Part shown: in pieces, positions 1 to 10,339 of the stretch
Position numbering within the stretch: position 1 is the first letter of the stretch
Layout: every line of letters begins with the position of its first letter
Assembly: GCA_945883845.1 (NCBI GenBank)
Contig: CAMCYI010000004.1
Coordinates: 1,475-65,474 of the forward strand
Reading direction: 5' to 3'
Length of the DNA stretch: 64,000 nucleotides
Origin: Bacteriovorax stolpii
GTDB lineage: Bacteria; Bdellovibrionota; Bacteriovoracia; Bacteriovoracales; Bacteriovoracaceae
The notes under the pieces: model-generated
The model's input: the letters and a program-made list of their open reading frames with translations, nothing else
Told to the model about the DNA's origin: nothing
Database searches by the model: none
Made by a program: the position numbers and the translations under genes

Positions 1-1288
1 TCCTGAGTCTCGGAATTTCACGATCCATGGACTTACAGTACTGAGCATAGTCAGCAACACAAGCTGCGAAATTCTGTGTGAGATCTCTGCAGTTCGTTTC
101 CATACCCGCAGGAGTGAAGTAAAATGGATTGGCGATGCGCTCTCGCGCACGTTTCGCTTCATCAAGCAGCCCTTGCAAAGCTCCCTCACCTACTGACTGA
201 ACTTCACCCATGACAATTTCATCTGCAAAGATGGCGGCACTTTCCTGAGTTAAGCGCTCGAGTCTCGCCTGACTGACAAAAGCCTCGCGACAGTTATCCA
301 TATTGGCAGCAGAACACGCAGTGTCCGGCAGATTATAGGCCGTCTTGAGCTTTTCAAAGAGTGCGGTTTTGGCATTCATAATCGCAGGCGTAGTAGCACT
401 CGACATGAAAAGGTTCTTATAAAGAGGATTGTTGTTGAGGAACTTCATCCGCGAGAAGTACAAAGCTGCACTTCTATTTTCTTCCTCGGAAATCGAATCA
501 GGGTCTCTATATTTTCTCGCGAGGTATTCACGGACGTGGGTTACCAGTGAATTGTAATTCCAGTCTCCATCGTTGAACTGAGAATTTGTGCGTGCCAGGA
601 TCTGCATATTTTCGTAGAAGACAAAGTCTCCCGGGCCACCTGAAGGAACCTGGGCAAAATTCATTAGATCTCTTGTCGTCGCACATGAATTGAAATTCTG
701 GGGAGTCTGGAGAAAAGATGTATCCAGGTCAGCATTGAATCTATCCTCTGTGCCAGAGTTGCGTAAAAGGTTGTTGGCTTCTCTGAGTTCGCTCTGAAAG
801 TTAGCATCAAAACGCCCGTCCCGAAGGTTATAGCTTCGCACGAGTTCATCAGAGGATTGGCCTCCAGGCCTGAACAAGGAAGCCTGAAAAAGCATCCCAT
901 TTCTCGCAAGAGATAGTTCTCCTGAAATTCTGCTGATATTAGCTCTGAGCTCGGGGATTCGCTCCCTTTCTCTATTGAGAGTGGGATTCACTGTCGGAGA
1001 TGAACTTCTCATGATCGGGCCGGTGATTTCATTTGCCTCAAGGCACTTACACACTTCCATGTCACGATAGAGAACTATATTTGCTGATGAAGAATTAGAA
1101 TCGGTTATCGAGACGTTATTAAAAGCCGAGTCACGTTCTCTCATGAGATCAGCATTGTTTCTCATGCAACCAGTTGTGAACTGCGAGATGAGCGAAGTCA
1201 TCTCATCTGCCGGCAGATCGCACAGTCTCGGAGTCTGCGAAAACGCAGAAAAACTTGTGAGAATGAATAAAAAGGCAAACTTCTTCAT
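1..1288 (-). CDS. Large secreted Cys-containing hypothetical protein, partial (runs off left edge); paralog of 1425..4274
   Basis: Not in ORF track. Manual translation from ATG 1288 (GGAG upstream) is open to base 1: MKKFAFLFILTSFSAFSQTP...ARNGMLFQASL...GDWNYNSL...RMKFLNNNPLYKNLFMS...YAQYCKSMDREIP. These motifs match the neighbouring gene. Confidence 0.9.
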   Translation of the reverse strand, partial: MKKFAFLFILTSFSAFSQTPRLCDLPADEMTSLISQFTTGCMRNNADLMRERDSAFNNVSITDSNSSSANIVLYRDMEVCKCLEANEITGPIMRSSSPTVNPTLNRERERIPELRANISRISGELSLARNGMLFQASLFRPGGQSSDELVRSYNLRDGRFDANFQSELREANNLLRNSGTEDRFNADLDTSFLQTPQNFNSCATTRDLMNFAQVPSGGPGDFVFYENMQILARTNSQFNDGDWNYNSLVTHVREYLARKYRDPDSISEEENRSAALYFSRMKFLNNNPLYKNLFMSSATTPAIMNAKTALFEKLKTAYNLPDTACSAANMDNCREAFVSQARLERLTQESAAIFADEIVMGEVQSVGEGALQGLLDEAKRARERIANPFYFTPAGMETNCRDLTQNFAACVADYAQYCKSMDREIPRLR

Positions 1289-1424
1289 GACGGTAGACTC
1301 CAATCAACGTTTCGGTCTGGAGATTCATTGTCTTGAACAAGATTAACCTAAATGCTCGGGATCTCTTACTGCATCAGAAGTTCAACGACTTAGCTTATAG
1401 GGTGTACCACTTAACGGAAGGCAC

Positions 1425-4274
1425 CTACCTCGTCGCTCCACCGATGGCGCCATTCAAAGCTGCCAGCGTCCTGATCGGTTGAAACAGAAGTCTTCCGTTA
1501 TTCTTCACTACGATCATTTCAATTCGCGGACGGCCCGGAACACTTGCGGCGACACTGATGCGAACGATGTCACCAGGTATATTGCGGATACGATCAGCAA
1601 ACTGTCCGAGAATTCCGAGATCCCGATTTTCAAAACCAGAATATGTCTCCGGTGAAACAGCTCCAAGATCCACCGAAGGATTCTGTGCAGCTGCAGAGAC
1701 AAGACCGGCATCAACTGAACCTGGACCTGAAGAAGATCTATCAGTGGCAACAATGAGAGAACCGTTAGCACTCACTCGTGCTAAGTCATACTTCACCATC
1801 ATTTCATGTGAACTTCCGGGAGACCTTGCGGCTGCACTTCCACGTCCTATACTACCGGCAATTCCTGCGAATCCTCCTCCATTACCACTGTCTAATCCAG
1901 AGCGCGTATTCCCAACCGGGAAAGCAGAAGTCCCGGATCCTACGATCTGAGGAGCAATTGGTGCCACACGCGGAGAAAAATCCTGAGGCACTGTTGGGCC
2001 TGGAAAACGCCCGGTGCCCTGGTCAGCAACACTGGCCACCGATCGACCGGCCGCCGGGGTTTCGAGCCCTCTGATCCTGTCTCTTAGAGAAGAAGCCTCT
2101 GCTCTTTCTGTTTCAACAGTTCTTGTGAGTGATGAAATGAGGGAACGCAAATCAGTTAAGTCCGTTGCCGGCGTCTGAGGAGCTCTTGCTCTCGCACGTG
2201 CATCAGCAAGGCGAGTTTCAGCTTCCTGTGCAGCACGCTCAGCTGCTTCTTCTCTTTCCCGTAAGGCAGCGATCTGATCTGTAGTCGCTGCATCCAGAAT
2301 TGCTCTCGCAGGAATAATCGCCACCGCTGGAATGGCCGCAGAAGGAGAAAGAAGTGGATTAAAATTTAAAAGAGGATCAGACCCCTGTGGAGAGGTAACT
2401 GAACGAGGAGATGCCTCAGGTCTGACTGCCCTCTTACCTTCATCTGAAATGCGCGCAGCAGATTCAGCAACACTGCTTGAGAAATTTCTCATGGCCGTGC
2501 CTGTGCTCGACCCGGCCATCATCGCTTCAGCGGCTGCTTTCGTTGATGAGCCAGAATATCGGCTTCCGTATCCCGCAGAATTCACCTGCCCCACGTCGAC
2601 ATCGGCAACAGCAGTTTTTGCTACAGCAGATTCTGGCTGACCAGCGTCTGGCTCAGTTGTAATTGTATTAGAGATGTAATTAAAAAACACCCGAACCTCA
2701 GCGCTCATTTCCTGATTTCCGGAATTAGGTTCCCCGGGATATGCCTGGAGGTATGCGATCAGCATCGTCTTTCTTCCCTCTTCAGTGTTCTGACACATGA
2801 GGGCCTCAGGGCCGGCAGAACAATTGTTCGTTTTGAAGGTCATCGCATCCATGGTCGCAGGAGTTCTTTCTGGATTCGAGCGCGGAGAATTGCACAGGGC
2901 CTGTTCGATATAATCAGCTTCAGTACTCAAGGCTGGACCATTTGATATCGGTCGGGCGAGCTGGGGATAAACATGGGAATTGATCGCAGATTCAAATTCG
3001 TTACCCGAGTAACTCGGAAGCATTCTGTCCATGTTCCTGCAATACTCAGCAAAGAGCGCAAGACAATTGGCAAGATTTTCGCCAGTTCTGTCGCTGCAGT
3101 TTTCACTCAGGCCCTCAGGCAGAAAATATTCCTGGAAAGGGATCATTCTGTTGATCGTTGATTCGGCCGTATCCATCAGATGATCAATCACTTCACGTCC
3201 GGTTGCCCGGGCAGCATCAATCACTACGGAGTTAGCGAGAATCTTCGCCGCTTCCCTTCTTAAGTCCTTATGTCTTTTCTCTCCGGCAAATGCCTCTGCA
3301 CAGAGATTCAGCTGAGGATTCGTGTTATTACACTTATCATTAGGAAAAGTTACCGAGCGCTTAATAGCATCAAAGAGGTCCGCCTTCGCACGGGTGACAG
3401 CAGGTCTATTTGAATCCGACATAAAAAGATTTTTATAGAGAATATTGTTATTGAGAAACTTCATGCGCAGAAAAGCATCATGCAAGTCACTTTCCTGAGC
3501 GGGCGAGACTCCGACCATCGGGTCGCGCTGCAGGTAGGTGTCAACCTTCTCCATGAGCTTCGAGTAGTTCCAGTCGTCAGGGTCAAAAGTCATGGAAGCG
3601 GTTTTGATATAAAATTCATTTTTTTCGGGAACCTGTCTGGTGTAGCCAAGAATCTCCCTGGGAGAGATACATGAAGTCATAGGAACAGGATCCTCCATGT
3701 AGGATCTCGCAAGAGTAACATTCACCTGGTTAACTTCTCCAGGCCGGTGACCACGGGATAGGGACTGGTTCAGAGAACGGGAACGGTTTGCAATCGTAGA
3801 ATCGAGTTCATTAAAATTAAATGCACTGATAAATTCATTCACGCCATCAGTGTCTGACATGAGAAGCGTTGCCTGGAGAAGCATGCCGTTTCTTTCGTTG
3901 GCGAGCTGGTTATTGTAGGTCGTGATGTTATTGTTTTTTTCAGTCAACGCCATATCTGCTGATCTTGTATCTACTGTCGGAGTTGGAGTCTGCGGAAGGA
4001 TCCGCATGATCGGAGTTGTGATCGGGGCCCGGCGAAGACATGTGCAGATTTGTCGATCGACCTGCATGAGCTGAGATGAGTTAACATCTCCCCGCTCGGC
4101 CATGGCCTGTCTCTGTTCCGAGCGCCAGCATTGATTCGTCATCTGCGTGACAAGTTCTTCACCTTGGCGTGAAATTTCCAGTCGGGCCTGCTCACAGGGC
4201 TGCTCTCCAGTCCGCTGGGCAAACGCCAGATGCGTGTTTAAAACTACCGCCAGAATGGGGAGAACAAACTTCAT
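1425..4274 (-). CDS. Large secreted hypothetical protein (~949 aa): Cys-rich N-half, Ala/Ser/Pro linker, coiled coil, C-terminal domain
   Basis: ORF 1425..4313; start moved to ATG 4274 (GGAG RBS, signal peptide MKFVLPILAVVLNTHLAFA). No family recognised. Confidence 0.85.
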   Translation of the reverse strand: MKFVLPILAVVLNTHLAFAQRTGEQPCEQARLEISRQGEELVTQMTNQCWRSEQRQAMAERGDVNSSQLMQVDRQICTCLRRAPITTPIMRILPQTPTPTVDTRSADMALTEKNNNITTYNNQLANERNGMLLQATLLMSDTDGVNEFISAFNFNELDSTIANRSRSLNQSLSRGHRPGEVNQVNVTLARSYMEDPVPMTSCISPREILGYTRQVPEKNEFYIKTASMTFDPDDWNYSKLMEKVDTYLQRDPMVGVSPAQESDLHDAFLRMKFLNNNILYKNLFMSDSNRPAVTRAKADLFDAIKRSVTFPNDKCNNTNPQLNLCAEAFAGEKRHKDLRREAAKILANSVVIDAARATGREVIDHLMDTAESTINRMIPFQEYFLPEGLSENCSDRTGENLANCLALFAEYCRNMDRMLPSYSGNEFESAINSHVYPQLARPISNGPALSTEADYIEQALCNSPRSNPERTPATMDAMTFKTNNCSAGPEALMCQNTEEGRKTMLIAYLQAYPGEPNSGNQEMSAEVRVFFNYISNTITTEPDAGQPESAVAKTAVADVDVGQVNSAGYGSRYSGSSTKAAAEAMMAGSSTGTAMRNFSSSVAESAARISDEGKRAVRPEASPRSVTSPQGSDPLLNFNPLLSPSAAIPAVAIIPARAILDAATTDQIAALREREEAAERAAQEAETRLADARARARAPQTPATDLTDLRSLISSLTRTVETERAEASSLRDRIRGLETPAAGRSVASVADQGTGRFPGPTVPQDFSPRVAPIAPQIVGSGTSAFPVGNTRSGLDSGNGGGFAGIAGSIGRGSAAARSPGSSHEMMVKYDLARVSANGSLIVATDRSSSGPGSVDAGLVSAAAQNPSVDLGAVSPETYSGFENRDLGILGQFADRIRNIPGDIVRISVAASVPGRPRIEMIVVKNNGRLLFQPIRTLAALNGAIGGATR

Positions 4275-4431
4275 TAAAATACTCCAGACAGACCTATCGG
4301 AAGCGCCGCGCAAAAACGTTAGATTAGGATAACTTAAACACTTTCCCTGAGGAAATCCTCATGGGGATCAAGGACTTACCTTTTAGCTAATGCCTTGAAA
4401 ATATGCCCCCATTGAGGTTTCATGCTGTTAC

Positions 4432-5184
4432 ATGAATCAAAAAAAATCTCCTCCGAATTACCATTGGGTCTCCACAGAAGACGGAAGCCAGACACTCTTC
4501 TCTGAAAGATTCCAGGAAGCATGTCATTCGACTTCGGGAGCTCGTTCAGAAACATTGCTCCACTACATTCACGGCTGCAAAATTCCAGAAAAAAGTTCGG
4601 CAAAAGAAATGACCATTCTCGAAGTTGGTTTTGGTCTCGGCCTGGGATTTCTCACAACTCTTGAAGTATTGAAAAACTCTCCACATCAGTTTCATTTTGT
4701 TTCTCTGGAGATTGATGAAGGCCTTGTCCGCTGGTTTGTCGAAGAACATAAAACTCTCCTGCAAAACATTCAGTGGACGGAGCTGTCGCTCAAGGCCAGA
4801 CATGAAAATGGAACACTCGAAGTTTTAATCGGTGACGCCCGTCAGATACTACCACCATACTCTTCACTTCAATGGGATGCCATTTATCAGGACGCATTTT
4901 CACCGAAAAAAAATCCGTCGCTTTGGACAGTGGAGTGGTTCGAACTTCTGAAGAAACATTCTGCTCAGGATGTCCTGATGTCGACGTATTCAGCATCAAG
5001 CTCCATCCGCAAAAGCATGATCGCTGCGGGCTGGAAAATTCACAAGGGTGAAAAGTTTGGCCCCAAGAGAACATCTACCAGAGCATCTCTCACTGGTGAG
5101 ACTGATTTCGACATCTCTGAGCATCTCGCGCGATCACCCTCACCTGCACTTACAGACGCCAACATGGAACAATATGGAAAATAA
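4432..5184 (+). CDS. mnmD: tRNA mnm5s2U34 methyltransferase (stand-alone MnmC methyltransferase domain)
   Basis: TEDGSQTLFSERFQEACHS, ILEVGFGLGL SAM motif, YQDAFSPKKNP, TYSASS.IR motifs. Confidence 0.85.
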   Translation: MNQKKSPPNYHWVSTEDGSQTLFSERFQEACHSTSGARSETLLHYIHGCKIPEKSSAKEMTILEVGFGLGLGFLTTLEVLKNSPHQFHFVSLEIDEGLVRWFVEEHKTLLQNIQWTELSLKARHENGTLEVLIGDARQILPPYSSLQWDAIYQDAFSPKKNPSLWTVEWFELLKKHSAQDVLMSTYSASSSIRKSMIAAGWKIHKGEKFGPKRTSTRASLTGETDFDISEHLARSPSPALTDANMEQYGK

Positions 5185-6112
5185 AATCTGCAAACTCCTT
5201 CACATCCCCCATCCGATCATCCAGGCCGGCATGGTCTGGGTCTCCGGTGGAAAACTTGCGGCCGCAAGTGCGAACGCCGGCATTCTCGGAGTGATTGGTG
5301 CTGGTTCCATGAAACCTGATCTTCTTGAACTTCATGTTCAAAAAGCAAAATCCCTCACATCTCACCCCGAGCGTCTCGCCGTAAACGTTCCTCTTCTTTA
5401 TGAAAAAACAAAAGAACAACTCGAGACAGCGCTCAAGCTGGGAATAAAAACGTTCATCACGTCTGCAGGGTCCCCAAAAACATACACGCAGTGGCTGAAA
5501 GATCAGGGTTGTGTTGTGATCCACGTCACCTCGTCACCAGAACTCGCATTGAAGTGTGAAGCGGCAGGATGTGATGCCGTCATCGCAGAAGGATTCGAGG
5601 CCGGTGGACATAACGGGAGAGATGAAATCACAACTCTCGTTCTTATTCCTCAGGTTGTTGATGCCGTAAAAATTCCTGTCATCGCCGCCGGTGGCATCGC
5701 TGATGGCAGGGCCATGGCCGCAGCCTTTTGTCTTGGTGCTGGAGGTGTTCAGATGGGAACACGGTTTGTAGCAACAAAGGAATCAAGCGCACACGACCAC
5801 TTCAAGGCGGCCGTCATCGCTGCGACTTCGTCGAGTACCATGCTGATGATGAAAAATGTCGTGCCGGTCCGCTTGCTGAAAAATAAATTCTTCGACGAAA
5901 TAAAAATGATGGAGGATCGCTGTGCCACTCCGGCAGAACTCATCCAGCACCTGGGCCATGGACGCGCGAAAGAAGGAATGCTTGACGGAAACATGGAACG
6001 CGGAGAACTCGAGATCGGGCAGATCGCGGCACTTATTCGCGACATTCCTACAGTTGAGGTCCTTGTGAAAAGAATCCTTGCTGAGTATGAAAGTGCGAAG
6101 CTGCGCCTTTAG
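5174..6112 (+). CDS. Nitronate monooxygenase / FabK-like flavoprotein
   Basis: PIIQAGM, AEGFEAGGHNG, PVIAAGGIADG, GVQMGTRF; start reassigned to ATG 5174. Confidence 0.85.
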   Translation: MENKICKLLHIPHPIIQAGMVWVSGGKLAAASANAGILGVIGAGSMKPDLLELHVQKAKSLTSHPERLAVNVPLLYEKTKEQLETALKLGIKTFITSAGSPKTYTQWLKDQGCVVIHVTSSPELALKCEAAGCDAVIAEGFEAGGHNGRDEITTLVLIPQVVDAVKIPVIAAGGIADGRAMAAAFCLGAGGVQMGTRFVATKESSAHDHFKAAVIAATSSSTMLMMKNVVPVRLLKNKFFDEIKMMEDRCATPAELIQHLGHGRAKEGMLDGNMERGELEIGQIAALIRDIPTVEVLVKRILAEYESAKLRL

Positions 6113-6113
6113 A

Positions 6114-7433
6114 TCAGTAGGCCGTGCCCCGGTAGTATTCAGCATCAGAGCATTGCGGAGGAATTTGACGGCAGCGTGGATCCTCGTTGGAAATTTGCGA
6201 GAACTGAGAGCAAACTGCATAGCCGGGTGCCTCTCTCGCGCAATACCCAGAAATGATTTTTGCAAAATGAACGTCTGTCAGAAGATTTCTCATCGTCGTT
6301 TTTGAAACATACGTCACAACGTTATTGGCATAAGTCACTCCAGGAGTGGCCCCCGGTCTGAACGTCGTATCAAGAAGCTTTCCGTTGCATGTTGAACAAG
6401 GGTTCCCCATCTGAGCGTACCCCTCTAAAAGATCTGGTCTAAGTTCCGTCGTTCTTCTGCAGATGTCATTATCACAAGAACAGCGGGTCACCCGTGGGAT
6501 CACCTTTGGAAAGAACTCAAAATGATTTCCCATCTGCGTCTCTCCAGCTGGAACGATCCGGCAAGACCACTCGGCTACAAACACCCCATTCTCATGGTAC
6601 TCGTCACAAAGACCGAGCAAATGCAAAATCTCATGAGTGATCGTTTCGCAGCCCCAGCTATTACGATAGAAAGTTGCATTTCCTCTTGTCTCAGTATCAG
6701 GAGCAATTGAAATATTAACCTGCTGAGGTCTTTGGTCTTCTGGAAGGGCAGCTGCCTGTTCAGAAGAAAGTGCTGTAATGGTGAGTGATTTTCCGTCAGG
6801 CCCTTTAAGGTAAGGTTGAACGAGGGCCATGCACCCGCGGATTTTTTCAAGTGTCGCAGGCCCGTTTGATGGGTTGGCAGGATCAGTGACGTTAAGGTTA
6901 AGAACGGCTTCGTATGAAGTGTCACTCACCCGTTTCATCACATGGTACGCAGGTATCTGCAGACGACTTCGATGGTTGAATTTTTTGGATTGCCCGGGTT
7001 GCAGAGGAATGTTCCTGCAATCATCCTCCTCACTCTTTTCATCAACCACCTTGATGAGCTCGGCAAGGAGATTAGTAGGGTTTTGCTCGCAAACAGTCAG
7101 CATCTGATCATCTGTAATTGTTATCGTTCCACGCAGTCTGGCGAGCAATTCTTTGGCATCTGCAATAACTGGCGCGCGCACTAACAAGAGGTTCGCGCGA
7201 TCACTTGAACGTGTCCCTCTTAAATACTCTGCTTCAGTGACGAGATAATCCGCATTGGCGAGCAGAAAATCCTGCGTGAACTGTGCTTGTCCGGCGTCGT
7301 CTAAGATTCCCCTGCCGTTGGGGGCGTATTGCTCTCTTTCAACATCTGTCAGCAAACGCGGCAATGCCATCTGGGCATGGGCGAGAGGGAAATTCAAAAG
7401 TAACAATGCAAAGAGGACAATGAATTTTATCAA
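6114..7433 (-). CDS. Secreted zinc metalloprotease (HExxHxxGxxDEY), paralog B
   Basis: THEILHLLGLCDEYHE; signal peptide; TTG 7433 overlaps the upstream TGA (TTGA), with GAGG RBS. Confidence 0.75.
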   Translation of the reverse strand: MIKFIVLFALLLLNFPLAHAQMALPRLLTDVEREQYAPNGRGILDDAGQAQFTQDFLLANADYLVTEAEYLRGTRSSDRANLLLVRAPVIADAKELLARLRGTITITDDQMLTVCEQNPTNLLAELIKVVDEKSEEDDCRNIPLQPGQSKKFNHRSRLQIPAYHVMKRVSDTSYEAVLNLNVTDPANPSNGPATLEKIRGCMALVQPYLKGPDGKSLTITALSSEQAAALPEDQRPQQVNISIAPDTETRGNATFYRNSWGCETITHEILHLLGLCDEYHENGVFVAEWSCRIVPAGETQMGNHFEFFPKVIPRVTRCSCDNDICRRTTELRPDLLEGYAQMGNPCSTCNGKLLDTTFRPGATPGVTYANNVVTYVSKTTMRNLLTDVHFAKIISGYCAREAPGYAVCSQFSQISNEDPRCRQIPPQCSDAEYYRGTAY

Positions 7434-8764
7434 CGTACAGTGCCTCTGTAATAATTTTCGTTCGAGCATTCAGGTGGAATATTCCGGCACCGTGAATCCT
7501 GACTGGATATTTGCGAGAACTGTGAGCAGCGGGCGTATCCCGGAGCTTCCCTCTGACAGTAACCGGAGATCATTTTCGTAAACTGGACATCAGTCACGAG
7601 AGAACTGCGTATTGGTCTGGTCACGATCACAAGATTGTTTCCCACAGGCCCGCTTTGAGTTTCTGTTGAAGCAGATCCGTACCTGACTTCAAGGGGCATT
7701 CCTGAGCCCAGCTGCATGCAGGGATTTTCCATCCTGATCCGAGGTTCAGTATATGAGCGGGGAAGACGGGTCAGGGCAGCTAAGCATTCAGCGTTTCTGC
7801 ACGGGCAGACCACAGTTCTCGCAACAGCAGTTGGAAAGAAATCAAAGTGATTCCCCATAATCGACGGCGTTTCCGGAACCACACGACAAGACCACTCGGC
7901 CACGAATCCACCATTTTCGTGATACTCATCACAGAGCCCAAAGAGGTGAAGGATTTCGTGAGTGATCGTGTCGCACTTCCAGTCGTTGTGGTACGAAAAA
8001 GCGTGTCCCCTGCCGGCCTCTTGTGCGACGGAAATATTCGCCGGCATAGGGCGCTCTGCTTCAGGTAGGAGTGCTGTTTGCGCCGGAGTCAAAATTCTGA
8101 TTTCCATCGTCTTGCCATCCGGACCTTTCAAATACGGAGCGATGGTATTCATGCACCCTCTGATTTTTTCCAATGTTCTCGGACCGTTCGCAGGGTCACC
8201 AGCGTCAGTTACATTTAAATTCAGAGAGGCCTGATATCGATTAGCGTCCAGTCTTTTCACCACCTGATACGCAGGAACCTGAAGCCTTGAACGGTGATTA
8301 AATCTGGCCGACTGACCTACTTGCAACGGAATATTTCTGCAGTCTTCTTCTTGAGTTTGATCATCCGTTCTGGCCACGAGGGCGGCCACGAGATCAGACG
8401 GTCTATCTTCACAGACATCAAGCATATTTTCCTGGGTGATCTCGATCGTCCCGCGAAGTCTCTGAGTGAGGTCGCGCGCCTCTGCGAGCACCTGAGTCCG
8501 CGCCCGGTTGTATTCCGCCTGTTGCTCCGGTGTAGCCGATCTGATGGCCGCTGCAAATGATGGGTCGCTCACCAGGAACTGCTGGTTGGAAACAAGATAA
8601 TTCTGAACAGAGTTTGAATAATCTGTGTCGTCCATGACCGCTACGCCTGAGGGGATCAGACGTTCCCGGTCGGCCGGCGAGAGCAAGTTTGGCCTGAAGG
8701 CCTGGCCCATGAGCTGAGAGGATAAAATGAATAAAACCAGAATGAGATATTTTCTAGCGAACAT
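7430..8764 (-). CDS. Secreted zinc metalloprotease (HExxHxxGxxDEY), paralog A
   Basis: THEILHLFGLCDEYHE; signal peptide; Cys-rich C-terminus closely similar to paralog B. Confidence 0.75.
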   Translation of the reverse strand: MFARKYLILVLFILSSQLMGQAFRPNLLSPADRERLIPSGVAVMDDTDYSNSVQNYLVSNQQFLVSDPSFAAAIRSATPEQQAEYNRARTQVLAEARDLTQRLRGTIEITQENMLDVCEDRPSDLVAALVARTDDQTQEEDCRNIPLQVGQSARFNHRSRLQVPAYQVVKRLDANRYQASLNLNVTDAGDPANGPRTLEKIRGCMNTIAPYLKGPDGKTMEIRILTPAQTALLPEAERPMPANISVAQEAGRGHAFSYHNDWKCDTITHEILHLFGLCDEYHENGGFVAEWSCRVVPETPSIMGNHFDFFPTAVARTVVCPCRNAECLAALTRLPRSYTEPRIRMENPCMQLGSGMPLEVRYGSASTETQSGPVGNNLVIVTRPIRSSLVTDVQFTKMISGYCQREAPGYARCSQFSQISSQDSRCRNIPPECSNENYYRGTVR

Positions 8765-9320
8765 AGATCACTCCGTAAGGCTCAAATATGCAGGCAGTGG
8801 CACCGTCCATTGGCAGGCACTTGTTCGTCGGCACTGTCTGATACGGACCCGGTTTGCCGTCTGTGTAAATGCGCATCTTCTTGAGATCATCGGTGACCTC
8901 AATGCCATTTTCGAGTTTCCATTCTTTCTTCTGGAGATTCTTAAAAACACTTTGCAGATCTTTATCAAGAACAGAATTATCTGTGATCCGGAATTCATCC
9001 ACTAGCCAATGCGGCCGATGAAGCGGATCACCAGTGAGCTGGTTGAAGGTGAGTTTTTTTTCGCGAAGGAACCTGTCCGTCGTGCGGATTTTTCCGGCGA
9101 TGACTTCTGTCTGACTTGCTTCCGGTTTGCTGTTGACGGCCTTCATCGTCCCGACACGCAGATCTTTTTTTTGATCAAAGAAAGTCGACCGTTTCTCATA
9201 AATCACAGAATTTTTTTGAATCAGGAATTTCTGGAGGTGTGAGGCCCGCGCATCGGACTGGAACCTTGAGAGGTCCGTGGCACTCGCAAACGTGGCGGAA
9301 AAGAGGAGAAGAAAAAGCAT
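8754..9320 (-). CDS. Secreted hypothetical protein, first gene of the metalloprotease operon
   Basis: GGAGG RBS, signal peptide, 11-nt overlap with next gene. Confidence 0.75.
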   Translation of the reverse strand: MLFLLLFSATFASATDLSRFQSDARASHLQKFLIQKNSVIYEKRSTFFDQKKDLRVGTMKAVNSKPEASQTEVIAGKIRTTDRFLREKKLTFNQLTGDPLHRPHWLVDEFRITDNSVLDKDLQSVFKNLQKKEWKLENGIEVTDDLKKMRIYTDGKPGPYQTVPTNKCLPMDGATACIFEPYGVIYVR

Positions 9321-9396
9321 AGGACCTCCTCTCTTATTTTACGTCGTTTACGAGGGAAACTCCCCGATCGGTAGAATTTACCTCTACTTAAACAAT

Positions 9397-9415
9397 GGGC
9401 CCCAAAAAGGGGCCC
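9397..9415. terminator. GC-rich hairpin downstream of htpX, possible terminator
   Basis: gggcccc-aaaaa-ggggccc; U-tract weak. Confidence 0.35.
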
Positions 9416-9445
9416 CTCAAATAGCTGACAGTTTTAAGATAAAAG

Positions 9446-10339
9446 TTAAATCATCGCCCTTTCCAGAGCGTTGATACGGTCATCCAGAGATGGATGGGTC
9501 GAGAGGAAGCTCATGACCCCTTTTTTCGAGGAAATCTTCATCGTATTCAGGGCCTCGTGTGAATCGTCCACGTACTCGATGCGGGCCTTGAGCTTTCGGA
9601 GGGCCGCGATCATTTTCTGTTTACCTGCAAATTTCGCCCCGCCGGCATCGGCCCGGAATTCCCGCATGCGTGAAACATAGGCGACAACAAACATCCCGAG
9701 AAAAGAAAAAGCAATTTCAAAAACCATCACCGTCATGTGATAAGCAAAGCCCCCAGCGGCCGGACGATCATCATCCTGGTCACCTTTCATGGCCTGCGAT
9801 AGGGCAAAGGCAGCAATGCGCGCGAAGAACATAACAAAGGCGTTCACAACACCCTGAACGAGGGCCATCGTCACCATGTCACCATTGGCGACGTGAGCGA
9901 TTTCGTGAGCGAGAACACCTTCAACTTCTTCTGCATTCATCTGCTGAAGAAGACCACTCGAGACAGCAACAAGAGCATTATTTTTTGAAGGCCCTGTGGC
10001 AAATGCATTCACTTCCTGGGATTGATACACACCCACTTCCGGCATTTTCTCAATTCCGGCCGAACGCGCGAGCATGTGAACTTTGCGGACGAGATCGCCA
10101 TACTGGCCTCGATCATCCACGATCTGCACACCCATCATTCTTTTCGCCATGAACTTCGACAACAGGAGGGAAATTCCTGAACCGGCAAAACCCCAGATCA
10201 AGCAGAAGACCATCAAGGCCTGGTAGTTCATTCCGGCGGCGGTAATATATGAGTTGAGTCCCAGCACAGACATCACAATCGAAACAGTGACCATCACTAA
10301 AATGTTAGTTAGCGCAAAAAGAAAAAATCGTTTAAACAT
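9446..10339 (-). CDS. htpX: Protease HtpX (M48 membrane zinc metalloprotease)
   Basis: NAFATG, GVLAHEIAHVANGDMVT, SRMREFRADAG, STHPSL..RI; start ATG 10339 with GGAG RBS. Confidence 0.95.
   Translation of the reverse strand: MFKRFFLFALTNILVMVTVSIVMSVLGLNSYITAAGMNYQALMVFCLIWGFAGSGISLLLSKFMAKRMMGVQIVDDRGQYGDLVRKVHMLARSAGIEKMPEVGVYQSQEVNAFATGPSKNNALVAVSSGLLQQMNAEEVEGVLAHEIAHVANGDMVTMALVQGVVNAFVMFFARIAAFALSQAMKGDQDDDRPAAGGFAYHMTVMVFEIAFSFLGMFVVAYVSRMREFRADAGGAKFAGKQKMIAALRKLKARIEYVDDSHEALNTMKISSKKGVMSFLSTHPSLDDRINALERAMI

Noticed and set aside
664-909. 81-aa minus-strand ORF in the track
   Set aside because: Out-of-frame shadow inside the real 1..1288 CDS.
5048-5173. N-terminal extension of the nitronate monooxygenase ORF
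   Set aside because: Overlaps mnmD by 137 nt; family-like sequence begins at ATG 5174. Similar trimming was applied at 4274, 7433, 10339, 10592, 29438, 49856, 58729 and 63611.
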